Source: Microthyrium microscopicum (lineage: Eukaryota). From it: a DNA stretch of 64,000 bases. Shown piece after piece: positions 40,105-53,999 of this stretch. The stretch lies in assembly GCA_010405405.1 (NCBI GenBank), contig MU004243.1:1-64000 (forward strand), read 5' to 3'. The notes beneath the pieces are model-generated. The model ran no database searches and was not told where the DNA came from. It saw nothing but the letters and a program-made list of their open reading frames with translations. The translations under genes and the position numbers were made by a program. Each line of letters begins with the position of its first letter. Position 1 is the stretch's first letter.

Positions 40105-41100
40105 TAATACACTAGCTCTAGTAGTTAAATATTATATAGCTTACAAAGTTAGTATACTTAGCTAAGCTAAGAATAGTTTACTTTAAGCCTATTATTCTTA
40201 TTCTAGTAGTAGAAGATTATAAGCTTATAAAGTTAATATACTTAGCTAGGCTAAGAATAGTTTACTCTAAGCTTATTATTCTTACTCTAGTAGTAAAAAG
40301 TTATAAGCTTATAAAGTTAGTATACTTAGCTAAGCTAGAAATAATTTATTCTAAGCTTATTATTCTTACTCTAGTAGTAAAAAGTTATAAGCTTATAAAG
40401 TTAGTATACTTAGCTAAGCTAGAAATAGTTTATTCTAAGCTTATTATTCTTACTCTAGTAGTAGAAGGCTATATAGCTAGTAAAGCTACTATAGTTAAGT
40501 AAGTAGCTAGTATAATAGTAATAATTTATTCTAAGCCTATTACTCTTACTTTAGTAGTTAATTTACTATATTACTAGTAAAGCTATTATAGTTAGCTAAG
40601 TAGCTAGCATAATAGCTATAATTTATTCTAAGCCTATTACTTTTATTCTAGTAGTTAAATATTATATTACTAGCAAAGCTTTAATAAATAGCTATTATAT
40701 TAAAGCACTATAGCTATAGTTTATTCTAAGCTTATTACTTTTACTCTAGTAGTTAAATATTACGTTACTAGTAAAGCCTTAATAAATAGCTATTACGTTA
40801 AAGTACTATAGTTATAGTTTATTCTAAGCCTATTACTCTTACTCTAGTAGTTAAACGTTACGTTACTAGTAAAGCCTTAATAAATAGCTATTATGTTAAA
40901 GTACTATAGCTATAATTATTTTAGGTTTATCTATTAAGGCTCTAGTAGTTAAACGTTATATTACTAGTAAAGCCTTAATAAATAGTTATTATATTAAAGT
41001 ATTATAGCTATAGTTATTCTAAGTCTATCTATTAAGGCTCTAGTAGTTAAATGTTATATTACTAGTAAAGCCTTAATAAATAGCTATTATATTAAAGCAC
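40105..41100. repeat. Tandem array: 84-bp units then 96-98-bp units sharing a core
   Basis: AAAGTT at 40145, 40229, 40313 and 40397 (period 84). GTAGT at 40458, 40554, 40651, 40749, 40847, 40945 and 41043. Core TTTATTCTAAGC(C/T)TATTA(C/T)TCTTACTCTAGTAGT. Confidence 0.85.
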
Positions 41101-43462
41101 GTTATAAAGCTATTAGAAGGAGTAAATATAGTAAGTTTATACTAGTTATTAATTAGTAAGAATATATTAGCTATTACTATACTACTAGGAATAAAGGCCT
41201 AATATATTATTAGTTATAAACTAAGATAGTTAACTAAGGAGATACTACTTATATAAAGACTTCTAATTACTTAAAGCTTATAATTAGATAAGTTATAGTA
41301 GAGTTAGAAGTAATATAGAATTAGTATCTTTCTTTTATAGAAAAAGGTTAGAACTTTAATATTAGAAATAATGTCTAAAGTAGTCTATAAGGATTATCTT
41401 ATATAGTAACTCTTAAGTTTAAAGGCATCCTATTAGTCTATATCTTTAAATATCTTTTAATATCTTATTAGAATATAAAAGATTTATAATTAAATAGTAA
41501 TAACTTTCTTAGACTATACTTTTCTAACTTCTTAATATAAGTTAGATATATTAATCTTTACTACTCTAATTATTAGTGCCTTATCTAAATATAGTATACT
41601 ATATCTAAGTAACTCTAAGTCTCTTATTTAGACCTTAGTTATTATAATAGATTAAGGTATTAGGACTAGAGTCTACTAGATTATATTAAGTAGATATAAC
41701 TTTAATTAGTCTATATATTATTATTACTTTTAGTAGAGATATAGCTATGTCTAAGTAAAGACTAAGATATTTCTTAATAGAGTAGTAGATAATATATTTA
41801 AACTTTTAAGGTTTAAAAGGCTAAATTATTAGAAGTAATATTAAAGCCTAGCCTAACTCTATATCTAATAGAAGGAAGCTAATAAATTATATATATTTAA
41901 CTACTTAGTCTTTTTAATATTTAATTTCTTTTACTTCTTTTTCTTTAATATATGTCTATATAGAATATTAGTAGAAGAGTTAATAAATAATTAATATACT
42001 TTACTAAATACTTCTATATTATAAGATAAGTTATCTTTATATCTTTTAGCCTTAATATTAAGCTTTATACCCTCTTTAACCTATTATAATAAGTTTAAAG
42101 ACGTACTAGAGGGTAGTATATTAATTTATTATAATAATCTAGCATAGAGCATATATATTTACTAAGTAATTTATTTAAGTAGCATTTAAGCTTTAATACC
42201 TCCTTTAAGTACTATAAGAAACTCCTTAGAACTTAATTATAATATAGTCCTTCTATAAAAGCTTCTACTAAGTCTTAGAATAAGATCTATTAATAAGCTT
42301 AAAAGGTTATTAATAGAGGCTACGAGCTTATTAAGAATTTAACTAGGTATTAGTATAGCGATTAAATTTAATAAGCTTATAAGAAAATATTAGTGCAAGC
42401 TACTTATTATTTTATCTTATAAATACTAAGGGTAGTCTCTATTAGTTATATTATTTTAGTATTAGAACTAAGGACTTATAGAGCATTTTAAGGATATCTC
42501 TATACCTTAATCTATACGTAGGTACTATAAATAGTATTATATTCTAGACGCTATAATTCTAAGACTTTATCTATATATAAAGTACTTACTACGTTATAAT
42601 ACTATTAGCTATAGTTTTAAAAATAGCTACGCTAAAAAGGCTAGCGTCTAAAAACTAATTCTATAATAGATTACAAAATTTCTTCCTATAAACTAATAAT
42701 AATAAATATATCTTTAATTATTATTAGCTAAGTTAAGAGATATACTATAGTATATATACTTTACTTTACTATATTTAGAATTATTAAGGAAGAAAGGATA
42801 AGTATACTATTAGTTATTACTTAGTTTATAGCATATAAGATTAAATAGGGCTTTAATAGGTATACTATAGTAATTAAATTTAACTATAAAGATTTTATCT
42901 TTAGCTATTAAGCTATAAGTAGTACTAGTTTAGTATAGAGACTTAATATTTCTAAGTTTCTAGATTATAATAAAGTTAGTATATAGAAAGACTATATTTA
43001 ATATATTAGAAGGATAATACTTATATTAAACTCTAAACCTTAAATATTATAATATTAATATCTATTCTTAAAGAACTAGAGCTTACTAGTTTTATAAGAT
43101 AGTGCTATAATCTTATATTAAAGAATACTTAAATAAAAAGATATAGCTTTTAGGAATTCTATATTATAGTTTAATATAAAGAAAATATAGAGATAGATTT
43201 AGTATATAAGTATTTAACTATATAAGTAATTTAAAATATAAATTTTTAGAATAGAAAGAAATATAGCTAATAAAAGGGCTAGTAAATAGTAATATAATTA
43301 ACTACGTAATCTACTATTATAACTCTAAGGAATAAGGATATTTAGAAAGAAATAAATAATACGTACTACTAAGCTACTTACTATATTACTTAGACTTTAA
43401 TAAAGATATACCTTTAAATATAGCGCTAAAGAAAAAGATAGTTTTATTATTATTAGATATTT

Positions 43463-43990
43463 TACTATATTTCTTAATAGACTATAATAAGGAAGTATTT
43501 AGTAGTAATACTATAAAAAATAAGTATAAGTAAAAATAGGTAGTATACTATATTTCTTAATAGTTTATAATAAGGAAGTATTTAGTAGTAGTACTAAGAA
43601 AAATAAGCATAAGTAAGAATAAGTAGTATACTATATCTCTTAATAATCTATAATAAGGAAATATTTAGTAGCAATACTAAGAAAAATAAGTATAAGTAAG
43701 AATAGATAATATACTATATCTCTTAATATTTAAGAATAGAAAGATATTTAGTAGTAATCTAAAGAAAAAATAAGTATAAGTTATAATATATAATATATAG
43801 TATCTCTTAATATTTAAAAGTAAGAAGATATTTAGTAGTAATTTAAAGAAAAAATAAGTATAAGTTATAGTATATAATATATAGTATCTCTTAATATTTA
43901 AAAGTAAGAAGATATTTAGTAGCGGTCTAAAGGAAAAATAAGTATAAGTTATAGTATATAATATATAGTATTTCTTAATAGTTAATAAGT
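43463..43990. repeat. Tandem array, 83-84-bp unit, ~6 copies
   Basis: ATTTAGTAG at 43497, 43580, 43663, 43746, 43830 and 43914. Confidence 0.85.
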
Positions 43991-44129
43991 TAGTAATAAT
44001 TTATAATAGGTACTAAGAAATAGAAAATATATATATTATTAGCTACTAAAGCTTTATTTAAAGTAATCTTTACTACGCTAGAGAGTATATATCTATAGTT
44101 AATATATTAATTTACTATTAAGTATTAAG

Positions 44130-45035
44130 AAGGTTTTAGTAATAGTATTTAGAAAGAAGATATAGTCTTATATTATATAAATAATACTATTAGAAGAACG
44201 CTAGTAAGTAGACTTTTAGTAGTAATCTTTAGAAAGTAAGATATATTCTTATATTATATAAATAATACTATTAGAAGAAAGCTAGTAAGTAGACTTTTAG
44301 TAGTAGTTTTTAGGAAGCAAGATATAGTCTTATATTATATAAATAATACTATTAGAAGAACGCTAGTAAGTAGACTTTTAGTAGTAATCTTTAGAGAGTA
44401 AGATATAGTCTTATATTATATAAATAATATTATTAGAAGAAGGCTAGTAAGCAGACTTTTAGTAGCAATCTTTAGGAAGTAAGATATATTCTTATATTAT
44501 ATAAATAATACTATTAGAAGAAGGCTAGTAAGTAGATATTTAGTAATAGTCTTTAGAAAAGAATATAATAATATTTAGCATAGTAAATTATATTCTTAGA
44601 ATAAAGCTAGTAAGCAAATTTTAGTAATAGTCTTTAGGAAAGGATATAATAGTATTTAGCGTAGTANNNNNNNNNNNNNNNNNNNNNNNNNNNNNNNNNN
44701 NNNNNNNNNNNNNNNNNNNNNNNNNNNNNNNNNNNNNNNNNNNNNNNNNNNNNNNNNNNNNNNNNNNNNNNNNNNNNNNNNNNNNNNNNNNNNNNNNNNN
44801 NNNNNNNNNNNNNNNNNNNNNNNNNNNNNNNNNNNNNNNNNNNNNNNNNNNNNNNNNNNNNNNNNNNNNNNGTTTTTAGTAATAGTCTTTAGGGAGAAAT
44901 ATATAATATTTAGCGCGCAAATTATATTCTTAGAATAAAGCTAGTAAGTAGATTTTTAGTAATAGTCTTTAGGGAGGAATATATAGTATTTAGTATATAA
45001 ATTATACTCTTAGAATAAAGCTAGTAAGTAGACTT
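44130..45035. repeat. Tandem array, 80-82-bp unit, spanning an assembly gap
   Basis: GCTAGTAAG at 44200, 44281, 44362, 44443, 44524, 44606, 44940 and 45020. Confidence 0.85.
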
Positions 45036-48000
45036 TAAGAAAGAGAATACTTATACTAAGTTAAAGATACTACTTAATAGCTAATATTATAATAAGACTT
45101 TTAAGTATATATAAGGCTTTAAAAAGGATTATATTATATACTTAAATCTAGTATACTAGTATATAATAAAATTAGCTTTACGACTTTACCTTTAGCTTTT
45201 AAGAAAACATTAGTACTATTTTATAATAGGTAAGAATATATATTATAATATAAATTAGTTATTACTTTAAACGTAGAAGATATTAATATTAGCTAGCTTT
45301 ATAAGATAAAGAATATAGGGATACTAATAGCTAGAGAGATTATAGTATAAATAATAAGAAAGTTATATATAAGCTATAGGTATAAGTAATACTAATTATG
45401 CTTAGTCTTAAACTATAGTTATTAAGGTAAATTATATTATAATAAAAAGTATAAATATTAAAGTTAGATATATTAATATAGAGTTAAAAAGACTTTAAAG
45501 TTATAATACGATATTAGGTATTATATACTAATAATTAAGTCTTACTAAGAGCTATTTAATTAGACTAATATCTTTATATAACTTAAAATATTATTTAAAA
45601 ACGTCCTATATTATTTAAAAGTAGTTAAGTATATCTTAGTTTGCTTATTTAGAGTAGAACCTTAAATCTAGCTTTGCTTAAATACTACTAGCTTTATAAT
45701 TTATTACTATACCTTTCGCCTTTATAATCTAGTTTTATTCTATAGATAATATATAAGTACTTAGAATTATCTTCTCTTTTATTATAAATATAATAATTAT
45801 AAAGTAAGGTTAATAATAAGCTTTAGAGTATATCTTTAAATATTAGGTTACCTATTAAGTTAAAGTAAGCTATTAATATACTAATAAGAATAATAGTACT
45901 ACTAGTTTCTAGTATAAGGCTCTAAGTAATTATAATTAAAGTAGATCTATAAAATAGTTTAATTTATAGACTAATATAAACTAGCTAGTATTTAGATATA
46001 TAACCTACTATTATCCTATTCTAAAAGAAAAAGATTTTAGAAATCTCTTTTTAACTTTATAATATTAACTTCTAAAAGCATTACTACTTAGTAGTAGTTT
46101 AAAATATTCTAATAGTAAGCTAGTAAGGAACTTTACTATATTATTAGATAGCTTATATTTATTACGTTATTTAAGATATAATCTATAGCTTAGCTCTATT
46201 ACTACTAGATATAGTTAGCTAAAATAAGAAATATTTAACTAGGATATAATCTACTAATATAGCTTATATACTACTATGCTAATTAAGCTCTATAGATTAA
46301 GATAAGATAAGCTAAAAATAAGGATTACCTAATCTAAATTTATAAACGTAATATAGTTAGTTATAGATTACCTATCCTATTTATAGTTAAGAAGCATATT
46401 ATTACTTATACTCTAAAAGTATAAGTAAAGTTATAGAATTTAGTAATAGCTTATAGGTATATAAGCCTACTAGTAAGTAGCAATGTAGTATTAAAGATAA
46501 TAGAAATTCTCTAAGTCTAGTCTTAAAAGATTAAATAAAAATTATTATTTATCTATCTTTAAGTAAATAATATATATTCTATAGAAAATTATTATTATAA
46601 TTATTAGTTAAACTAAACCCTTTTAAATAGCTATATCTTAAGTTTCTACTCCTTTAATTACTATCTTATATTGCTTAGTCTTTTATAACTTCTATTTTTC
46701 CTTACTAGCAACAAGGTAAGTAATTTATTAAGATATAAATTTACTAAAGTCCTCCTTAGCCTTTCTAGTCTTTATAATATTAAGATATAGCTTAGACGCT
46801 AATTATTTATTATTTTTATAAAAGGAGTAAGTCTTATAATATCCTTTTATAATATAATTTATATAAGTACCTTTAAATAAAACGCTTCTATTCTTAACTT
46901 TTATAATTATATAAGTAGTATATACTAATATTAGTTCTTTACTATTCTTTATTTAGGATAAATTAAGACTTTAAATTTTAAAGCAACGCTAATAAGAGTA
47001 TTTAACTTAACCTATAGTAAAGCAATATATTATTATAGTATATAATAAAAATAGTATCTTAAGAATATTTATAAGCTAAGGAGTAAAATATTTATACTAT
47101 TATAGACCTTATACTAGTTAATATTTAAGAAGTATTTAAAGTATTATTAAATTAGTATTATTAAGAATCTATTTTTAAAGTAAGTAAAAGAGTAGTTATA
47201 TAACTTAGATATTAGTAGTTTTAGCGTAGTTATTAAAGATAAATACTTTTATATTACTAAATATATATTATTTCTCTAAGAACTATAGAACTAGGACTTA
47301 AAGATTTACTTTTAGTATTAACTTCTTACTTATAGATAATTTAGAAGATAGTAATAGCTTCTTAACTATAACTTAAGTTAGAGAAGTTATTAGACTTTTA
47401 AGTAATATTATAATCTTTATATTATTTTACGATAAAGTTATAAAGCCTATATTAGTTATATTACTTTAAGTACTTTAATATATATATACTTAACTATAAG
47501 TAGCTTCCTCTATAATAGGTTTTAAGTTACTTACTTAGCGTTTTTAGTATACTTCTTTCTACTATTTTGCTATTTCTACTTTACTATTAGTTATATAATA
47601 TCTCTTTTACTAAATTTGCGAATTTCCTTTATAGGTACTATATAGAAACATTATATTATTATAGTAGCAAGTTACTATAATTACTAATAATTCTTTATAA
47701 TTTAAGGTTAGCTATACTTCTTCTCCTTTTAGAGAAGGAATAAATCTATATTTAAAACCTCTTTCTATTATAGTAGTATCCTCTTTACTATAAACTAGTA
47801 TTAATAAATAATTATAATTATAATAACTCTTATCCTTTTTAACTAATTATTTAATAGAAGTAGAAGCCTAGTTTCTATTACTTTATATAGATAACGTAGT
47901 AAGTTAATTTACTATTTTATTAATAGGAGTAACTATAGTTAGCTAGGCCTACTTAGGCTTTTAAGGAGTTTATAGTAATTATACTAATATTTCTTAATAA

Positions 48001-48733
48001 AGATATTTTTTACTATAAAATTAAGAATTAGTAGAAGGTAAAAATATTTATAATAATTAGATTAGAGTAGTTTAATAGCTTACTAAACATACTTAGTTTA
48101 GATTTATAGACTACTTAATTAGAGTAGCTTATTAGGTAGATTTTAGTAATAAGGATTTATCTAAGTTTAGAGTAATTAGGTCTTTAGTAGAGTTTCTAGA
48201 TATTTTTAGTATACTTAAAGTAATTATAATATACTTAATATTAAAGCTTATAAATATACGCTTTAGAGCTATTATTATAAGTTTTAGTAGAAGAAATTAT
48301 ATTTTATAGTTATTTAAAGTATTCTTTAGATATAAGAGTATAAAGAAGAAAAAGAAGTAAAGAAGTTAATAAATTAAGAGATTAAATAGACTATAACTAT
48401 AGGCTCCTACTATTAAGCTTAAAACTACTCTATTATAAAAGGTTACTACTTTGCTTAATTATTAAAGCTTTAGCCTTTAAGGCTTTAGAGCTTTAAAGCG
48501 CTTAGCTAGTCTAGTCTTCCCTTACTATATATAGATATATTTTATAATTATTACTATCTTACCTACTCTATTAGTAAATTACTAACTACTATATTATAAT
48601 AGGTATATCCTAAAGGAATAAAGATGCCTAACTATATAGTTAATATTTAATAGTATTCTAGGTAGCTAGTACTAATAACGTTTAAGCCTTTCTAGATTAT
48701 ATAGTTTTAATTTTATAAGTACTATAACTATTA

Positions 48734-49090
48734 GCGTAAAGAATACTATTTTATTATTAGAATAGGTAATAAAGAGGATAATATATTTATTATAAAGAAT
48801 AGGAGGTATAGTAGATATTTTATAGGCGTAAAGAATATTACTTTATTAGTAGAATAAGTAATAAATAGCATAATATACTTCTTTTAAAGGGTAGGATATA
48901 TAATAAATATTTTTATAATATAAAGAGTATTACTTTATTAATAGGATAGGCAATAAGAAGTATAATATACTTATTTTAAAGGATAAGATATCTAATAGAT
49001 ATTTCTATAATATAAAGAGCATTATATTATTAATAAGATAGGTAATAAGGAGTATAATACGCTTATTTTAAAGAGTAAAAGATACTTTAT
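48734..49090. repeat. Tandem array, 92-bp unit, ~4 copies
   Basis: TAAAGA at 48737, 48829, 48921 and 49013, each followed by similar downstream sequence. Confidence 0.75.
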
Positions 49091-52000
49091 AATTTTTCCT
49101 AAAGCTATATAGAGTTTATATTTTTATAATAATATACTATTATAGTTATTAGCTTACTAGATATACTTATAATAGTTATTATAAGCTAGTTAGTAGTTCC
49201 TATTAGCTAAGGAAAAAATAGTATAGAGGATAGTAGTACTTAGATTAGATAGATATTTTAAGAACGTAAAAAGAATAATAGAAGTACTAGTAAGGATAAA
49301 GAATTTAAATATTAGTATAAGAAATAAGAAAAGTAGTTTATAAGATAAAAAATAGGAGATATAGAGATAAAGACTAGTAAAGATTAGAAGTTAATATAGT
49401 ATTAAAAATTAATAGGTTAGAAACTAGATAAGATATAAACTATATAATTAGAACTAAGGTAAATAATTAGCTTAGAAGTAATAATATTATCTAAGATTTT
49501 AAAAGATTATTATATAACTCTATTTATCTAACTAGATTTAGTAAGATTAATATTAGTATATAGATTTCTTACTATAACCTTTTAAATTCTAGTAACTACT
49601 ACTCCTTAATTCTTATACTAGTATTTATATAATATAAAATATCTATACTTATTTTATATACTATATTCTTATTAGCTATTATACTATAATAGATAAGCCT
49701 ACTAGATAGAACTACTATCTTATAGAAATACTTTTAAGTATAAATAACTCCTTATCTAATTTACTATTAGTATAATTATAATATAGAATATTCTTACTAT
49801 AAAAAGACTAGATTACTCTACTAACTCCTTTTATAAATTAATTAAATAAAAATAAACTATCTCCTCTCTCTAGCCTACTATATATTCCTCTAACCTACTA
49901 TATATCTAATCTAGAAATACTTTATACTCTAAAATAAGAGCTTTATTATCTAGATAATTAGTATTACTACGTTATATATAAGAAGCTTATTATAGTATTA
50001 ATTTATATATCTCTATTAGCAAAATAATAAATCTATAATAGGTACTACTCTTAATTACTAGCTAGCTACTAGCTATATATAAGATTAACTATTAAGTTAA
50101 CTATTATCTCTTATATTAATGCTAATTACGTTTAATTACTAGCTAGCTTATTACCCCTTCTAGACCGCTTACTAAATATTCTATTAATTTCTAGAAGTTA
50201 GTAATAATTATACAAAATATATATCTAGTAATACTTCTATATAAAGTTCCTTTACTAAATATCTTATTAATATCTTAATACTAGTAGTAATTTTATAAAA
50301 TATACTACTAGCAATATACTTATTAAAAGCCTAATTATTAAATTCTTTATTAGTTACTAAATATTAGAGGTAATAATACAAAATATAAAAGTAGTAACAC
50401 CTTCTATTAGAAGCTATAGTTTATATACTATATTAACCTTTAAATATTAAGAATAATAATATAGAATCTATACCTAGTATTACTTACTATCTAGAACTAC
50501 TACTATAAAGAGTATTTTATCTAACTAATATTAGTAGTAATTATATAGAATCTCTTTTTAAGTAGTACTTCTTAGCAAAAGAGCTATATTAATTAAAATT
50601 ACTTTTAGTAATTATTTATAATAACTAGATAGTAGAATTAAAGAGTATAATTTATAAAGTTTATTCTCTACTCTAGTTAATATATTATTTATCTCTATTA
50701 AGTTAATAATATCTCTTATAGTTTAGTAGCTATAGATTATAGAAATCTTAGCTTTCTTTAGACGAAAATATTCTATAGTATATTCTTACGTATAAACTAT
50801 ATATAGTTTTATTACTATCTACTTTATATTATTATATAAGATATAGTACTTTATTAAAGTCTAAAACTATATAATTATATTAGATAATAATATAGAGATT
50901 TAATATATTTAATAATATTATAATTATAAAGAATAATATTAGAAAGATTTAAGTTTATAAGCTAGTATTATCTTCCTTAACTATAACTAATAAGTAAGTA
51001 AAGCCTTTAAAGTACTACTATATAGGATCTTATTAGTTATTACCTCTTACTTATATTACCCTTAGTAACTAAACTAAAGCTAAATCTAAAGCTACTAGAT
51101 ATTAATAGTAGCTAGAGCTAGTAAATATTATTTAACTATAATTACGTCTAATAATTATAACTATATACTTCCTTATAGATTAAGTATAGCTAGAAGATTA
51201 GCTATATTAAAGAAAAGAGTATAAAATATTAGTAGTAAGAGGCTAGTATTAATTATTAGAACTAATCTAGGTAACATAATACTATAAACCTATTCTTTGT
51301 CTCTTAAGATAGGTAGATAAAGAATAACGTCTTTAAAACTATAATATATACTATTCTATATATAGTATATATATTAACTATTTTAATATTTAAGAAAGTT
51401 AACGTACCTTATTATTACTAGCTAGTTAATTTAGGACTAAGAATAAGAAACTACTACTAAATAATAGGATAGGTATTAAGTATATTTTTAATTAGCTATA
51501 TAGTATTTCTTATAACTATATAAGACTATAACTTTAATAAAGATACTAGTAATCTTAGTACTAAACTACTAAAAGATTTAAGAGAATAAGTCTACTATTA
51601 GGTATAAGATACTAAACTTTTTAATTATATATATACAAAATAGGTTACTACTTTCTATAAGAAAACTATTTAGATAAGGAGAAACTACCTAGAGTTACTA
51701 TAAGCTTAAGTCCTAACTAAAGGTTAGTAAAATAATTCATAATTAGAAGAATATATACTTATATTTATAATCTAGACTAAGACTTAGAAAATATAATAAG
51801 TTAAAGGATAGTAGAAATTAATTTAAGTATACTAGCTATTATTTAGTCCCTAGTAAACTAACTATCTACCTAGATTTTATATTATTACTTATTACTAAGT
51901 AAGGAGTAAGCTATTATCCTTTAATCTAAGCGTAATATAAATAACTATTATAGTAGAGAGCTAAAAGAATAAGCTAATCTAACTAAAAGGATATTAAGTA

Positions 52001-53127
52001 TTAACGTTAGCTTAATATTATATATATATAAGTATCTTCTAATGCTTTCTCTCTTAGCTTAATATAAAAATAGTATAATAATATAATATAAATACTATAA
52101 GAATAAAACTACACTAATTAAAATTAGCTTTAGTCTAAGACTTAGACTATACTACGTAGAAAAAGAAGTTCTACTTATAGAACTACTAAATGCTCTAAAT
52201 AATAAGAAATATATAAAAGTAAACCTAGAAGTAAAGGCTAAGCATAATACTAATAATAGACGTAGTTTAAATTATAAGTTAATTATTAGGAGTATAGTAC
52301 TTAAAGTTATTATTATAGTTTAGAGTTATATTAAGATTTAAAAGTTAAGAGATTCTTAGTAGGTTCTACGCTATTACCTAAGTAGTATAATTAGATAATA
52401 ACTATAAACTAATAATATTAATAGCTTCTCTTCTAAAATTATAAAGACTAAAGACTAATTTATTAGATAGTTTAGGTAGCTAGAAAAGTATAAATATATA
52501 TAAGTATATATTTATAGAGCTAAATAAAAGTATAAGTTATTAAAACATAATTATAGGATAGAACTTATAGCTTTCTTATTACTAAGCTAATAAATAGCTA
52601 AAGACTAAAATAGAATTACTTCTCCTAACGCAAGTAGTAGAAAAAAGCGCTAAGTAATAATAAATTATAAAAGATAAGAAATCTTTACTTTAAAGATTAA
52701 TAAATAAGAGTCTATATTAATAGTACTAAGTAAATAAGGTTAGTTCTTAAATAAATATAGTATAGTAGAACTTATAGTCTTTTAATATAAGGCTAAATAT
52801 AAGATACTATTATAGTATATAGTAAGTAGCGTAAGTAATTAAAGTAAATAAAGATAAAGAAGTCTTTACTCTTAAAGGGAGTAAAGAACTCTAATAGAGA
52901 GTTAAAGAATAATATAAAGAAATAATAAAAGTATAGATAAGTAAAAGGATTTTATAGATAATAACCTAATTAAATAGCTACTTACTTAATAAAGGATAAG
53001 TAAGAGTAATTAGTATAGCTATAGATTATAATATAACTTAAGCTAAAGTAGTAAATAACTATATAACTATTATTATATAATATAATAGCCTTTACTAGTA
53101 TAATATTCTAAAAAAATCTTATAATTA

Positions 53128-53999
53128 CATCGTGAAAAAATTATCATTGATTTGAGTTATCCGATAGCACTAATAATATCTATAGCTATTATACGTAGTG
53201 CTATATCTGAGGAGTTAGAAATAACTTTAAAATAACTGCGATAACTTACGATAACCTTAGAACTAATAAAATAGATAGAAGGAATTTAGTAAAGTCTTAA
53301 GTCGAATAACTAATTAACTAATCTAGCTATGCGCCTAAATGTCTTGCTATAGGCTAAAATATAGGGTTTAGTACCTTTAGTTTAATCTAGAAATAAAAAG
53401 GTTGAAAAACCATAGAGTTAGCAAGGATTCTAGAAATAAATAAAAAAAGGAACATCAAAGTCTAAAAAGCGTTTTTAGGCTGCAACTAGTAACGGCTAGA
53501 TAATAAATTCTAATTTAAATTATAACTTATTTAGCTAAACGAGGGCTATCTAATGGTATACTTTTTATTATTATAGCAATTATATTTAAAAAGTTATTAA
53601 TAGAAATCAAAGAATAAAAAATATATTTATCTTCAAACAATTATAACTTCATCAACTTTTGAGATATAAAAATAATAAAAACATATCTAGATAGAGCCTA
53701 ACGAGCTCTAAATAGTAATATAAAAATTATACCTTAAAGTTGCCTATTTGGGTTACGATGTCTCCGATAACCACGATAGATTTTAAATAACTACGATAGA
53801 TTTTAAATAACTACAATAGATTTTCGATGTATTTAAAATAACTACGATAAGTTTAAAATAACTAGAATAACTAGAATTATTTAGTACTTTATCTGATGTA
53901 CATCCGATGTACATCTAATATCTTTAAAATAACTAAAATAACCGTTTTACCGTCGGATACGTAGTCCAATTTGCGATGCATAATAATTTTTTCACGATG
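53128..53999. mobile_element. Nested non-autonomous TIR element (MITE-like, Tc1/mariner-type TA flanks), 872 bp
   Basis: TA|CATCGTGAAAAAATTAT ... ATAATTTTTTCACGATG|TA: a 17-bp perfect TIR. Retains many TpG/CpA sites unlike its flanks. Internal 20-bp repeats ACGATAGATTTTAAATAACT. Confidence 0.88.

Noticed and set aside
40105..45035. CRISPR-like or ankyrin-coding reading of the tandem arrays
   Set aside because: The context is eukaryotic, and the sequence between cores is itself repeated rather than unique spacers. Periods of 98 and 83 do not match the 99-bp ankyrin unit.
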